Source: Narcine bancroftii
Lineage: Eukaryota
Length of the DNA: 64,000 bases
Assembly: GCF_036971445.1 (NCBI RefSeq)
Contig: NC_091476.1
Span: 153,822,001 to 153,886,000 of the forward strand
Direction: 5' to 3'
Shown here: one piece after another, positions 1-12,915 of the stretch
Position numbering within the stretch: position 1 is the first letter of the stretch
Layout of the letters: the number at the start of each line of letters is the position of its first letter
Program-made: the position numbers and the translations under genes
Notes under the pieces: model-generated
What the model was told of the DNA's origin: nothing
Seen by the model: the letters and a program-made list of their open reading frames with translations, nothing else
Databases searched by the model: none

Positions 1-378
1 TCATCCATTTCCCATAGATTCAAAGGCCTACATCAGAGAATCAAGAGCAGAGGATCTTTCATGGGGGAGGCAGCCAGTTCTGATGGAAGAACCACTTTGT
101 GCCATTCTTGATGCAAGCTTGACTTCATCCCATATCAATCCAGCTCCACTGTCTAATATCATAAAAGCTAAGTGAAACAAATCTCAGAGAAAGTATCTTC
201 AGTCACATCCTCTATATTTGGAGAGTATTTCAAGGCAATTCAGAGATAATTGTGACCATTTCAGAATTAAGCTGTAGTAGTTCTAAACAAGAATACTTGA
301 ATGATTCCCATCAGAGCACACAGAGAAATCACAAAGAATTGCTGCTGTCAAGTGCCATCTATTTTCCCCCAATAAACC

Positions 379-625
379 GGCACGGTTGACGTAGCAGTTA
401 GCACAATGTCTTTACTGTGCCAGTGATCGGGACGAGGGTTCAAATCCCAAGGAGTTTGTACGTTTCCCCCGTGTCTGCATGGGTTTTCCCCAGGGATTGC
501 AGTTTCCTCCCACCATTCGAAATGTAGCAGGGGTATAGGTTAATTGGGTGTAAATTTGGTGGCACAGACTCATGGGCTGAAATGGCCTGTTACCATGCTG
601 CATGGCTAAATTTAACATTTAGAAT
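379..625 (+). mobile_element. tRNA-derived V-SINE (HE1-like)
   Basis: tRNA-like head (ggcacggttgacgtagc...gggttcaaatcc) followed by V-domain-like text ggagtttgtacgtttcccccgtgtctgcatgggttttcccc...gtttcctcccac; AT-rich tail; several homologous copies in the window. Confidence 0.8.
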
Positions 626-1544
626 TTTAAAGTCTGAATGCGGTACTGCAGAGGGATCTCCATTCAGTCTGCCAATAGATTACTGGCAGTGTTCTCAAAC
701 ATCTTCAAGTAATCAAAGACTTGCACTCCAAATCATATTGTGAATTCCATCCAAGGACTTTTAGTGAGGAAAATCTGCCAGTCTGATCTTGTGGAAAGCA
801 GAAGGTCAGATGATGGTGTTAGCAGGGGGGCATGGGGGGGGGGGGGGGTGGGGGGGGGGCGGGGTGACACTTTTCTCTCGACCAGATCAGACAAGGCATG
901 AATGGTAGAAGAGCAGATTTTCTCCACTGAGAGTCATTTCAGCATCAATTTGTACACAAGCATTCTCCTGCTGTAAATGCAAAGTTACAGCCAGAATCAC
1001 AAACCTGGTTGAACTTGGATCTTCATCCCATCAATGGAGCTGGAGCTCAGCCTTGGTTGCATGGGGACAAAGGCAAGTGGGGCATTATCAATCACAAGGA
1101 GCCAATTCACCACAGACCAATCAAACCTGCTCAATTTCATTCTGGTTTCAAATCTGTTGCACATGGAAGCCTCTTGATTATTATGCCAATGCAGTGCAGT
1201 GACACAAGTAATGTCTCAGCACCTTGACCTCCAATGTGATTTATGACAAACTTGCATATTCTCCTTATAACCATATGGACGTTCCCCAGGTGCTCAAGTT
1301 TCCTTCAATGTTGCAAAGTCATGCTGATTGTAAATTAAATTGGCCATGAAGTCCCACCATGAATGATGGGATCAATGGAATCCAAGGGACAGAAATTGAA
1401 GGAAATGTGGGACCAATTTGTTATTGGGAGAATTAGTGGGGGAACGGGGAGGAACAATGCTATAAAGCTGAAATAGACTATGGTCTGAATTACATCTTCT
1501 ATGACAATATGTTAATAATGATGTGTTATAAAACATTGGCCTCG

Positions 1545-1935
1545 ACTGTATTGGGTACAGTTTATATGCCTGCACTTTAAGATATTGGGGGTTTGGAGAG
1601 GATGGATAAGGGTTTACAATAATGATATCAATGATGAGGTTCTTCCATTAATGGAGGAGACTGGAATAAGCTGTGGCTACTTTTCTTGAAAGAAGGAATA
1701 TTGAGAAGAGGCATTTAATAAAGAGAAAAAAACATTTCTATTGATGGGATGGTAAATAACTTGAATTAAACACATTTTGGCAAAGAACAAGAGGGCAAAT
1801 ACAACAATTTTGTTTTAATGGTGAGATACAGTAAAAAAAACATGAAAGTGGATGCAGATCCCATGTGATTTTCAAAAATAAAATTGATTATTATTTAGAA
1901 TGGAAAACAAGTTCCAGGTTAATAGGGAAAAACAG
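1545..1935 (+). mobile_element. Degenerate CR1-like LINE 3' fragment
   Basis: Resembles CR1 3' coding/UTR text (tattgggtacagttt..., ggagagactggaataagctgtggctacttttcttg); heavily decayed. Confidence 0.5.
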
Positions 1936-2859
1936 GAGGATAAATCAGCTAAATTTCCAAAAAATAATCCATCTATTTTGTGTTTTTTGGTCTAACGAAT
2001 CCATTGGGTATTTAAAATCCAGCCAATCATTCCAAGTTTGACAACTATTGCATCAGTAGATAGCAATACATCCTCCAACATCGACACAAGAGGTGGTTTT
2101 AGTTCTGAACCGTTTATCAATGTATAGTAGCCAGCAAGTTTTCATGCAACACAACACACTGAACTGCCTTTAGAAAACAAAACCAATTATCAACATTGTG
2201 CTGAGTAAATAGGTAGGGTTTTGTGTTATTTGCCCCTCCCACCCTAGTTAAAAAAGTTTTCTTTCTTTAGTGCATGGTTTCAGCCAGTCAACGATGTACT
2301 AGAACTGCAGACCATCTGTGGTCCATGGATTTGTTATGGATTCTCTGTGGCGAAGTCAAACATTACTGATGAATATTCCCACTAAGACAAAAAATCCCAG
2401 TGCTCTGGGAAAGGGCTCTCGTCAACCTCCACTCCACCAGTGATTCTTTGGTTGGATATTGGTGATCTATGGTGCCCAAAGAAAACTCAAGGTAGTATGT
2501 GGGTGCTAAAAGATTGAAAAACATTAATTAAGATCATCCACTGATATTAAGCCAAAGACCAATTCAATATGCAATCACTATTTTAAGAAAACTCCAGTTT
2601 GTTTTTTTTTTTTAAAAAGTCTTGTAATGGCAAGCACTTAATTTCTTAATTGTGTTAATGTTCTGAGATAAAATATTGTCCAAGTCATACCCATATTTTC
2701 CTTTGAGGTCATCCCAAGGGATCTTTTGAAAGTGCAAACAGGATCTTCATTTAAAGTTTCATCCGAAATAGCAGACCTCCCACAATCTTTCGTACTGCCT
2801 TGGAGGGCAGTCTATATTTCTGCTCTGAACTTTCAGGGATAGGACTGAATTCACAACTT

Positions 2860-3840
2860 CAGAATCAGAATTTATTGTCATGAACAAGTCATGAAATTTG
2901 GTGTTTGCAGCAGCGTCTTAGTGCAAACATTCATATTATAACCATCTTACGACATTACTATAAAAATAATGATAATGCATGAAAAGTAGGGCAGTGTCTG
3001 TGGTTCATTGTTCATTCAGGAATCTGATGGCAGTGGGGAAGAAGCTGTCCTTGTGCCACTGAGTGCTCATCTTTAGGCTCCTGTACCTTTTTCCCTGATG
3101 GTAGCAGAGTGAAGAGGGCATGGCCTGGGTGGTGGGGGTCTTTAAGGATAGAGTCTGCTTTCTTAAGACACTGCCTCATGTCAGCGTCCTCAATGGAGTG
3201 AAGTGTCGTGCCTGTGATGTCGCTGACCAAGGTAACAAACCTCAGGAGTTTATTCTTGTCCTGAGAGTTGGCATCTCCTTACCAGACAGTGATGTAATCA
3301 GCCAGAATGCTCTCCACGGTGTGCCTGTAGAAGTTTACGAGAGTCTTTGGTGACATTCCAAATCTCCTCAGACACCTCACAAAGTACAGTAGAGCCACTT
3401 TCAAGCCTTCTGTGTGACTGCATCAACATGGAGGCTCCAGGACAGATCCTTAGAGTTGTTGATACCCAGGAATTTGAATTTATTGACCCTCTCCACTACT
3501 GAGCCTTCAATGAGGACTGAGTCATGTTCCTCTCACTTCCTTCTGAAGTTTACAATCAGCTCCTTGGTTCTGCCAACGTTGAGTGCAAGGTTGTTGTTAT
3601 TACGCCATTCAACGAGCTGATCTATCTCCCTTCTGTGTGCTTCCTCGTTGCCATTTGTGATTCTACTGACAACTGTGGTGTCACCGGCAAACTTGTAGGT
3701 AGCATTGGAATTTTGCCTGGCTACAAGTCATGGGTGTATAATGTGTCGAGCAGTGGGCTAAGCATACAATCTCGGGGTGCACCTGTGTTGATGATCAGTG
3801 AGGAGGAGACGTGGTTTCCAATTCATACTGCAATGGATCT
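2860..3840 (-). mobile_element. Rex1/Babar-type LINE 3' fragment (RT C-terminal part and 3' end)
   Basis: Minus-strand peptides ILKDPHHPGHALFTLLPSGK and IGNHVSSSLIINTGAP typical of this clade; (ttctga)-like tail at about 2860; frameshifted. Confidence 0.85.
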
Positions 3841-3841
3841 G

Positions 3842-4831
3842 TGTTAATATTAAGATTAATGTTCAGCTATATTTTTTTTAACAAATGTGTCTTAGATTAG
3901 TTGTGGGTTGGTTACAGGGTTACACACACAGGTCACAACACATTTACAGAACCATTGTACTCAGAATTCATTCTCATAGCTGATATGTGAAGAAAGACAG
4001 AGCCATAAGGGAACAGACATGTTCTTAATGGAAACTCAAGTACCAGGTGTGGTTCCTAAAAGCAATTAAGCCCCTTGAACAGAGATGAGAAAAAGAGTTT
4101 TGTAGAAATTAAACTAAAACTGTTAAGGATTCCAGTAATGTGATTGCATGGTTTCGAAGAATTGGGACTGACCTCATTGGCAATGTAATCTCACATGATT
4201 TGGAGAAATATATGATCAAATTCAGTCATTTTTGGATCAGTTTACAGAAGTCAAGGCCCTGTTACATACACAGGAGTTTGAACCTTGTGGGAAACAGGGT
4301 TGAATTACGTGTTATGTGTTACTCCAAATAAATGGGAGATACAGAATAAGTAGATTTCAAAAGAGAAGCCTACTTCTGTCTCCAAGATAAAGAGGACAAT
4401 TTAATCATTTGGAAAACAGATTCCAAAGCCTTCATTCAAAAGAAGACAATCTGACCTCCTGGAAAGACAGGAATTGTATTATCCTATCCATAGGAGACGC
4501 ATTTGTGACCCAGAAGATGGTCACTTCTGCTTGAAGAATCTCTCTCAAGGACAACTCATTGAAAGAATTAGGAGTTTAAAGAGACCTGAAGATATGATGT
4601 TTAGAAGCATTTTATTTCTGAACTGAAAATTTGAGACCTTCAAGCAAGTCTAAAATGATGCTGAAGTTTTAAAATTGACTTTTCAGAGTGGGATTTTAAT
4701 CACAGACACAGACACAATTTAGAGTCAAGTTTGAGAAATGTTATGTTATTAATAGTTTAATAAAAATGATTATTTTGAATTTACAATTGCTTGGTGAATT
4801 TTCCATTGCTGTTCTTGTGTTAGTGCTAACA
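3842..4831 (+). mobile_element. Putative solo LTR (about 1 kb)
   Basis: Begins tgtta, ends taaca (TG...CA, 5-bp inverted termini); AATAAA near 4758; lies between Rex1 pieces; no clean TSD seen. Confidence 0.5.
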
Positions 4832-4859
4832 AAATCCCTTTAGTTCCAAACAAAATTTA

Positions 4860-4986
4860 AGGGCTTGTTCGTTTGTAATAGGATTGACTGTGGTCTCCTT
4901 ATGAGAACATCAAGGATCTAGTTGCAAAGGAGTTAGAGGCTTAGAGTTTGTATCTTTTCGACCAGCATTGAGGAAATTATGGTATT
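4860..4986 (-). mobile_element. Rex1/Babar RT fragment, distal half (split by the HAL1-like insertion)
   Basis: Minus strand reads NTIISSMLVEKIQTL...ILDVLIRRPQS, the direct continuation of [11 protein letters not shown] found at 7835-7875. Confidence 0.75.
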
Positions 4987-7834
4987 TTTTTTTTTAAACT
5001 TTATTTAAGATTTTAATAACATATAGGATTACATTAAAAAAAATTAAGAAAATAATAAAATTACAATACAATATCAGTAATCTAAATAAACTATACCCTC
5101 CCCAATAATTATTACACATTAATAACCCGACTCATATTAGTCCAACCCCCCCTTCCCCCCAAAATAAAGAGTGAAGAATTAATAAAGTTAATAATATGAG
5201 AAAAAAACCCACTTACAAAAACAAAAACATAACCGATTAAAATACTAACAAAAAGTAAATACTAAGATATCAGACTTAAAAAACATATTTAAATCAAACT
5301 TAAATGCATATATTTAACAAACAGAGTTAAGATGAAACATATATTTAACTCAAACTTAATATAAAAAATTAGTAAAGTTAGTAACATTATCTATCAAAAA
5401 TTCTTAAACAATAATCAATTCTTAAAAAAATTGTAGCATGAAAAAGATGAAAAAAAACTCTCTATAGAGATAAACCTTCACCAAATATCAACCAACTTCA
5501 CATCTATCATCATATTAGTCACATAAACCACCATCTTAAAACAAAATTCAAACCTCATTAAGCATTGAACAATTCAATTTTAGTACTCTTCCACCATTTA
5601 TCCCTTTTACTCTTGAATAGTTATCCAATAAAAGCTCCAATTCCACATTTAAATATCCCCAATCATTACGTTAAAATTCAGATATCCAAATAAAAACACA
5701 TCTACAACGAAATCTATATCTTCAACAAATGGAGCATAAACCACAAACAAAATTCAAGCCTCATTAAGAATTGTACAATTCAATTTATAACTTTCACCAT
5801 TATTCCCTTCGTTCTATAACTAAAATAGCAAAATAATATACACCAGAATTACCACTCCTTTCACCTTAAAGTTAAAGAAAAAATATTAAAAAAACTTATC
5901 CATCCCATTCATATTTAAATTTCAGATATTCCTTATCTACTGAATAAACTTTACAAAAACCACATCAATTTTTAGTTTTTTTAAACAATCAAATACTTTC
6001 TTATGCTTTTTTTTAAAAAATATATATTTAAAAAAAAAACCCCTTCACTCTTTAATCTAATAATACAAAAAAAAAGGAAAAAAACGGGTAGGAGGTTAAA
6101 AATACCCCCTCCCGTCTAAACCACGCAATGCGGTAACTCCCAAAAAAAAATGGGAGTGGGATAACTCACACGTAGCAGATGACTTTCAGGAAGTGGTGCC
6201 TATCCAGTTCTCTCCCCCAACTCTCACTTCTTAAACTAACATCATCATTATTTAATATCCCTTTTTTAAAAAAAAAAATTAGAAAAATAAAGGGACAACT
6301 CTTCTTTTAATCAGCTCCAACTGCCGAGTCACCATTACAACCATTCCTTCTTGGAGCACGACTCTTTTCTTCCATCTCTTGTCTCCTTAGAGATCGCGGC
6401 GGACTATGTCTCTGTTGAAACTGAGTAATTGGCAGCTCTTGAGCAAATGCTATAGCTTCCTTTGGAGAATCAAAGAACTTTGGTTGGCAACCATCTTGAA
6501 AAACCTTCAAAACAGCTGGATATCTAAAGGTTGCCTTGTAACCTTTTTTCCACAACAACTCTTTAGCAGGATTGAATTCCCGTCGTTGGAACATAACTTC
6601 TTGACTCAAATCCGCATAGAAGAAAACTCAATTATTTTGAATCATCAAGGGTGATTTTCTCTGTTGTGCATTTCTAATAGCCACTCGTAAAATTATTTCT
6701 CTGTCATAATAATTCAAGCAACGAACCAAAACAGGTCTTGGACTTTGACCTGAAATAGGTCTTCTACGCAAGGCTCTGTGAGCACGTTCCAGTATTATAC
6801 CTTCCGGGAAATGTTCTTGACCCAGCACCTGCGGAATCCATTCAGTAAAAAATTTTCTTGGGTCTGGTCCCTCCATACCTTCCGGCAAACCAATAATCTT
6901 TATATTGTTCCGTCTGGATTGGTTTTCCAAATAATCAATCTTTTTCACCAAATTTTTATTTTGAGTTTGTAAGTCTTCGACCATTTTGGTCACATCAAAA
7001 ACTTGATCCCGTATTTAGTCTATATCTTTTTCACACAAATTAAATTTATCTCTCACTTCAAGCTTAAAAGCTCCAAACTCAGCCATCTGTTGAGAATGTA
7101 TTTTCACCAAAGTATTAAACCTAGTACCAAGTTCAGTCATAATCTTGGATAATCCCTGCATTGTATAAGATAATTTAGATTCAAGATTCACAAAAATCTT
7201 TTCAATTGGAAGAGATTTTGGCTCAACAGATTCCTGCTTCTTCTCCAAAGGATCTTCTATTCCTTCCTTCATTCTGGTTGCCATCCTTGTAGTACGACTG
7301 CGTGTGGAAACCCCAGCCACAGCCTCTCCAGCAATGACTGGAGGACACTGGCCGGGGTTTTCCCCAGTCCATAATGTATTAAATTCTCCCAGTACATCAA
7401 GTTGTATAGGTTCTTGTATCTCAAGAGATGCAGTTTGCAGCGCCACCTCTACAATTGACAAATGCCTTTGAGTAACTCTTTGTTCTAAAGGCTGTTTGGC
7501 GCCCTCTTTAGGGGGCTCTACCGATGTAACATAGAGCTCTACATCCGAACACTGTATCTCTCTCCTGGGATCCATTTCACGCCGAGTCCTGGTGTCTTTC
7601 CTGTAGGTAGGCTCCAAAACTTGAACTTTTGGAAAATGTAGTTTTTTGATGATCTGTTGACATCTTTTTTTGCTCTTTTCCACCAATTGTACCATCATAA
7701 GTTAAATTAACAGCACTGAAATTATCTAAACTTTTAAAGAATTTTAACAGGCATTTCTAGACAAAACAGTAAGATAGAGTCAGGAGAGAACTGGAAGGCA
7801 CGTCTGATCCTTACGCCATCTTGCCACGCCCCCC
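4987..7834 (-). mobile_element. Full-length ORF1-only L1 derivative (HAL1-like non-autonomous retrotransposon)
   Basis: 5' end ggggggcgtggcaagatggcg (L1-type start); single ORF1; about 1.3 kb T-rich 3' region without ORF2; AATAAA plus poly(A) at about 4987-5005; 15-bp TSD ggaaat(t/g)atggtatt at 4972-4986 and 7835-7849. Confidence 0.88.
6307..7698 (-). pseudogene. L1 ORF1p (Transposase_22-type coiled coil/RRM/CTD), 463 codons with two in-frame premature stops
   Basis: ORF-track pieces 7015-7698, 6628-6993 and 6307-6609 are all in one frame, separated by TAA (7015-7017) and TGA (6628-6630); motifs LENQSRRNNIKIIGLPEG, ILERAHR, PRPVLVR, FFYADLS, RYPAVLKV. Confidence 0.92.
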
Positions 7835-7967
7835 GGAAATGATGGTATTAAAGGCCGAGCTGTAGTCGATAAAGTGCAGCCGTATGTATGAATTGCTGTT
7901 TTTGAGGTGATCGAGAGCTGAGTGGAGAGCCAGTGATATTGCATCTGCTGTGCAGCGATTGTGACAA
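7835..7967 (-). mobile_element. Rex1/Babar RT fragment, proximal half
   Basis: Minus strand reads [17 protein letters not shown]...[11 protein letters not shown]. Confidence 0.8.
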
Positions 7968-8713
7968 TAGGCTTTTTCAGGTGCATTCTCTGCTAAGAAT
8001 GCACCTGAAGAAGCAGAAGCGGCTCTTTAAATTACAGTTCAGATGGCAGCGTTGAAAGCACAGCGCTGGCCACTTGAAAGGACAGCTGCACCCGGATGCA
8101 CATCTGAGCACATTTTGGTTCCTGTCCTTTGGGTTGTCAATTCAGGATGGCTGGCTGTCAGCTGGGACAGCCAGCACGGGGACATCCCCACACTGATCCC
8201 ATTGCCCCACTCTCTCCCACTCACGAGGCTGGAATGGCCAGCAGGGGGTGGGGGGGGGGGTACATGGGTGCTCGAGTCAGGTACCAGCATTGTTTTGGCC
8301 AGCCCCCTTCTCCCCCACCGGCCACTCCAGCACCCTTCTCCCCACTCCCGAAATCAGTCCCAACAGTGTGGAGTCTGATTTCATGAGTGTGGAGAGAGCA
8401 GGGCAGCGGGATCAGTATGGGGACATCCCCGTGCTGACAGCCCACACCGGCCGCCCGACAGTGTGGGGACTGGGAGAGAAGCTGTCAGGCACTCGCCAGC
8501 TAGCTGACTGTCATCCGAATGCAGCCGCTTTTAGGCGGCTGCATTCCGATGGCTGGGGAGGCCACTGTGCCATGGGGTTTATCCCTCTCGGAGGAGGGTT
8601 ACCAAACTCTCCTTGCAGGCACCTCCTGCACATTCATGTGGCCTTCCCACAGCTGCATTTTGCCAAAATATGCAGCTTTACAAGCAGGTCAATTGGCCAC
8701 CTGAAAGTGCCTA
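7968..8713. mobile_element. Non-autonomous TIR element with 10-bp TSD (superfamily unassigned)
   Basis: TIRs taggctttttcaggtg / cacctgaaagtgccta (14/16); attgtgacaa duplicated at 7958-7967 and 8714-8723; GC-rich interior with no recognisable coding. Confidence 0.75.
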
Positions 8714-9659
8714 ATTGTGACAAGGAGAATTGGCTTCACCACAATTGCAGCTGCTGTATAGCTAATGGCACTTTCAAACAAACATTTACTAAATCTCAGA
8801 TAAAAAGTTGATCACTAATTAGTGATCACATTGCATGACAAAGTGCTGAACAGATCTAACAGTTTGAAGTAGTTCCAAACTTCCTATCCAGATGATTTGG
8901 TTCCTACTTTTCATTAAAAGTACAGAGACATAACATTTCCCTAGTTATTTAACATTAGACAAGACAAGGATTTTATTGTACTGCAAAATCCCCATTATCC
9001 AGAATTCAAGCAACCAGCAAAAGAAATGTGGAAAATAAATACATTTAAAAAATACAAAAGTTTAAAATCGGCACCCCTTGCGAGCAGTTTGACAATCATG
9101 CAACATTTAATCTCAAGCAACTGCCAAATTCACTTATCCAGCATCTACAAATCCTCAGATGCCACGACCAGGGCTTTTACATATTTGCCATTTTGTTCCC
9201 ACATCTCATCCAAAGCAGAGCCAAGCTCACACTATTCAACATGTACTAACTAAACAGATTAGGATTCTATGTTTTACTGTCCAGAGGTACAACCCATTTT
9301 AAAGTTTCTGTGGCCTTCACAACCAGCAGCTACTCAGATCATGAGAAATTATTTCTAGTCAAGATTCTGTTCAAATGGCTTTGAAAATTATTGAATACAA
9401 ACACTTGCCAGGTACAAGAGTTGGGTAACAAACCTCCCTTTAAATAATTTGTTTTAAATGTATAGCTGATTTTTTTTTTTTAGGATGATAACCTTTGAGG
9501 CTTTTTTTAAAAAACAATGCTTAAAATTATTTTTCCACGTAGGAATCACTACATACAATTGTGCGTTTAGATAACCTAGATGACTGTGAAACCTATACAA
9601 TAACACTTGTGTTATACTGATGTACACTGGTCAAATTTTAACTAAACCAGAATTTAAAA

Positions 9660-10195
9660 AATATCTTCTAATATCATCAGACCTAAACAAAGTTATATAA
9701 GAAATAAAGAATTTGGACTTGATTTGGATGGAGCACAAAAAAGATTTGTTATGATAGCCCTAGCTGTAGCAAAAAAATGTATTATATCAACCTGGAAATT
9801 AGAAGACAACTTGAGAATACAACAGTGGTACATAGAAATGAATAAATGTATTCCATTAGAAAAAATAACATACAAGTTAAGAAATAACATCACAATATTC
9901 AAACAAATATGGGAACCGTACATGAAATACAATAGAGAAATCCTACCACCTAAAATGACAGAAGGAGAAGACAACGAAATGAACTGACTCAGTATATAAA
10001 AGTAAAAGATAAAAATTTCTTGTTTAATTTATTGTGACGACATTGTTTAACGGATTTAATGTATCTTATAAATTGAACTTTCAATAAATGGGAAGGGAGG
10101 GAGAGGGAGGGAGAGAATATAGTCAAGAGAAAAATGTCTATGTATTTTGGTCAGTATGGTTTATTGTGTGAAAAATTTAAAAAAATTAAAAAAAT
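9660..10195 (+). mobile_element. 5'-truncated L1 3' end
   Basis: ORF2 C-terminal peptide IALAVAKKCIISTWK...QIWEPYM, same family as the 28187-32164 copy; A-rich tail. Confidence 0.85.
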
Positions 10196-10217
10196 GATCT
10201 TCCTGAAGATCCTCAAG

Positions 10218-11129
10218 CACTGGCGTCACTGGGGGGGTGGGGGTGGAAACCAGACAACACCAGGCAACAGCAAAATGACTGTATAAAACATTTTGTAGTG
10301 TTTCAGCAGAAATTTATTATTTAAAAAAAAAATTCCCTATAGTTAGTTATAACAGCAAAAACATTTTTTGTAAACCCAGTTTATGTATCAATATACTTAC
10401 AGGGCTAAAATTCTAATTTACTTTTTGAACCTTCTATTGTGCTCCAGTCATTGTTACGCAAGAACACTGATTCTTCGAACCACGAGGCACGCACTGGTGC
10501 TTTTTTTACTGCCGGTGATTTTTTATAATTGCCACTTTTATCAAATTTTGTGTTTTAGCTACAATATTGTGGTAATTAGCAATTGTGAACCTATATCAAT
10601 AACTTTTTTGAGAAGGAATTAGTAATTAAAGGAAAAGGAGAAAAATTAAGAGCTTCCACTCAGTTACTAATGATGTTGCAATTCAATGTAGAAAAATTTT
10701 ACAAAACAATTGTTGTTAGTAGTCGTATAATCTAAGAAATACTACATTTAGCAATGTTAACATCAATTATTTTTTTATGCAGTTCTTAAATGTTTTTAAT
10801 TCAAATTCTATTGTTTTCTTACCAAATTTTCACTCTAACCACATGAAACTATGTAAAAGTAAATACATTCAGACTGTATGTATGATATTGTAATTTAAAG
10901 GTGTAATATTAATTTTGATAGTTGTTTATCTCACTACCATTGCCATGAAATTCAGTGATATACGATTATGACAATTTACTAATAACATTAGTGCAAAAAA
11001 CATTACTAAGGATTCTGTTTGGTCTGGTACAGGAGGTCATCCATGGAGGGGGGGGGGGGGTGGTGGGGAGGGAGGCATTGACACCACAAGTTACTGCACT
11101 GGGTGACACCAACCCTAGTGTTGCCACTG
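10218..11129. mobile_element. Non-autonomous hAT DNA transposon
   Basis: Termini cactggcgtcactggg / ccctagtgttgccactg (CAGTGGC-type TIR); 8-bp TSD tcctcaag (10210-10217) / tcctcacg (11130-11137). Confidence 0.82.
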
Positions 11130-12749
11130 TCCTCACGTGAGTAGAATTAGTAGTCTCCAATAAGAATTGATTAACTTTAAAATAATGGCCATTCCCCCTC
11201 CCACCCCCAAGCTGGGTTCTAGTCAGCATAGGTGCAACTCACACTGGAAATTCTAAACTGGTTTAGCCAATTTGCACGTGGACATAATCAAAATGAAACA
11301 CCAGTGCAAGGACTGGTGGAAATATGGGTTTTATCTGCATTTCTGCAGATTGCAAAACAGGTTTAGTCCAAAATTTTAAATTGAGGAGATGCAAATTAAC
11401 TTGCTGAATGATACTTTGTGACAAGAGATAAAGATGAATTTGTTTAACCTAACTTACACCAGCAAAGTGCAACAATTGATAATTTATTCCAACCTGACAA
11501 ACATTAAATGTTACTTTTAAATAAATGATGTGTAACCCCTTGAATATTTCCAGCATTTTCCAACCATTATTAGTAATTTTAATTGGTTTATACAATAAGG
11601 AAACCATGGCCAATTCTGGTCATTCATCCACTCCAGTGCTGCACAATTAAAATAAGAATCACCAAAGACAAACTTGCAATTTGCTCAAATAATCTTTTTT
11701 CTATTTCAACAGCTTCAGAGATGCTTACTTGATACAATCTGTCCAAGGCACTTAGCATGTGCAAGGATACATTGACCCATGTAACCTTTGTTTCCTGAGT
11801 AGTTTACTTACCAGATAGTGGCATGGCCTGTTTCCGTGCTGTAAACGGTTATATGGTTATATCAAGTCTGGTTCAGAAACAAAGCCTTGAGACAATGTAT
11901 AATCATGGTTCACATGGACTAGAAATGCCAAAATAGGGGGTTGGGTCCCATGGTATTTTTTCCTTGCTTCATAATTAACAGCATTCTGTGAAACCACACC
12001 AAAAAGCAAGCCATCAGCCAATCTTAAAGAATAGGGCTTTTCATAGCGTGGGATTAGACTCAGATTGTGTCTGTGATGTTATGAGTCACAAAACCAATAA
12101 CATGGTGGCAAAATAATCAAGCATGGACAAGTGATAAGTTGAGGATAGATGTAAATAAATAGTTGGTAAACCACCTTCTGCAAACAAACCTTTCCATCAA
12201 TATCCTTTGAGAATTCAACACTATTTTAAAATCAGCAATCCATTAAAGCACAAGCTCCAAACCAACCATTTTCATAAGGCAAAAGCTGCTACTGACTGGA
12301 GAAGGTTGACATGGTCCAAGGAAAAGAGTATGGGATCTTCAATCAGAGGGTCTGGTCAGCCAGAGGAATCACAAGAGTGATGCAATGATGGATCTTGACA
12401 GCAATACCAATTGTCCTGAATACCTTTGAGAAATCGGAGTTACACAAATACAACCACCACTTGGTAGATACATTAGAAGGTCATGGCCAGTTTTGTAAAA
12501 CCACAATTCAGCAAAGAAAACTTTCAGGAGGCCAAAGAGAAATTCTTTGACACCTCTACAAGGTAGAAGATGAGGCAAGGAACCTCAGCTTCCATTTAAC
12601 TTAACCACAGCTGACCTATATCCCAATTCCTTTTGCCTTACTTAAACAATGCAAAACAGTGGAGATCAAACAATATCCATTTTTCAATTTTTCAAAAGGA
12701 GTCCCCTACAATTTTGCTTTTGGAGGTAGGATGTGGGAAGGAGAGATTT

Positions 12750-12915
12750 CCTCACCCATCTATTACCTTCTGCCTGTGGGTCTGTGCTCCTCCCCCTGCC
12801 CCTCCCACCCCCATCATTATGTTGGGGCCTCTGTCCACATTTTGTCCAAACCTTGATGAAGGACTCAAGCCCAAAACGTTGATTTTATATATATATATAT
12901 ATATAAAATATATAT
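12750..12915 (+). mobile_element. Penelope-like element 3' terminal fragment
   Basis: Near-identical to 14850-15010, including ttgatgaaggactcaagcccaaaacgtt. Confidence 0.7.

Noticed and set aside
379-460. SINE heads as real tRNA genes
   Set aside because: Degenerate A/B boxes followed by the SINE body; no complete cloverleaf.
8039-8811. Several overlapping GC-rich ORFs
   Set aside because: They lie inside the TIR element, are open on both strands because of GC content, and show no domain motifs.
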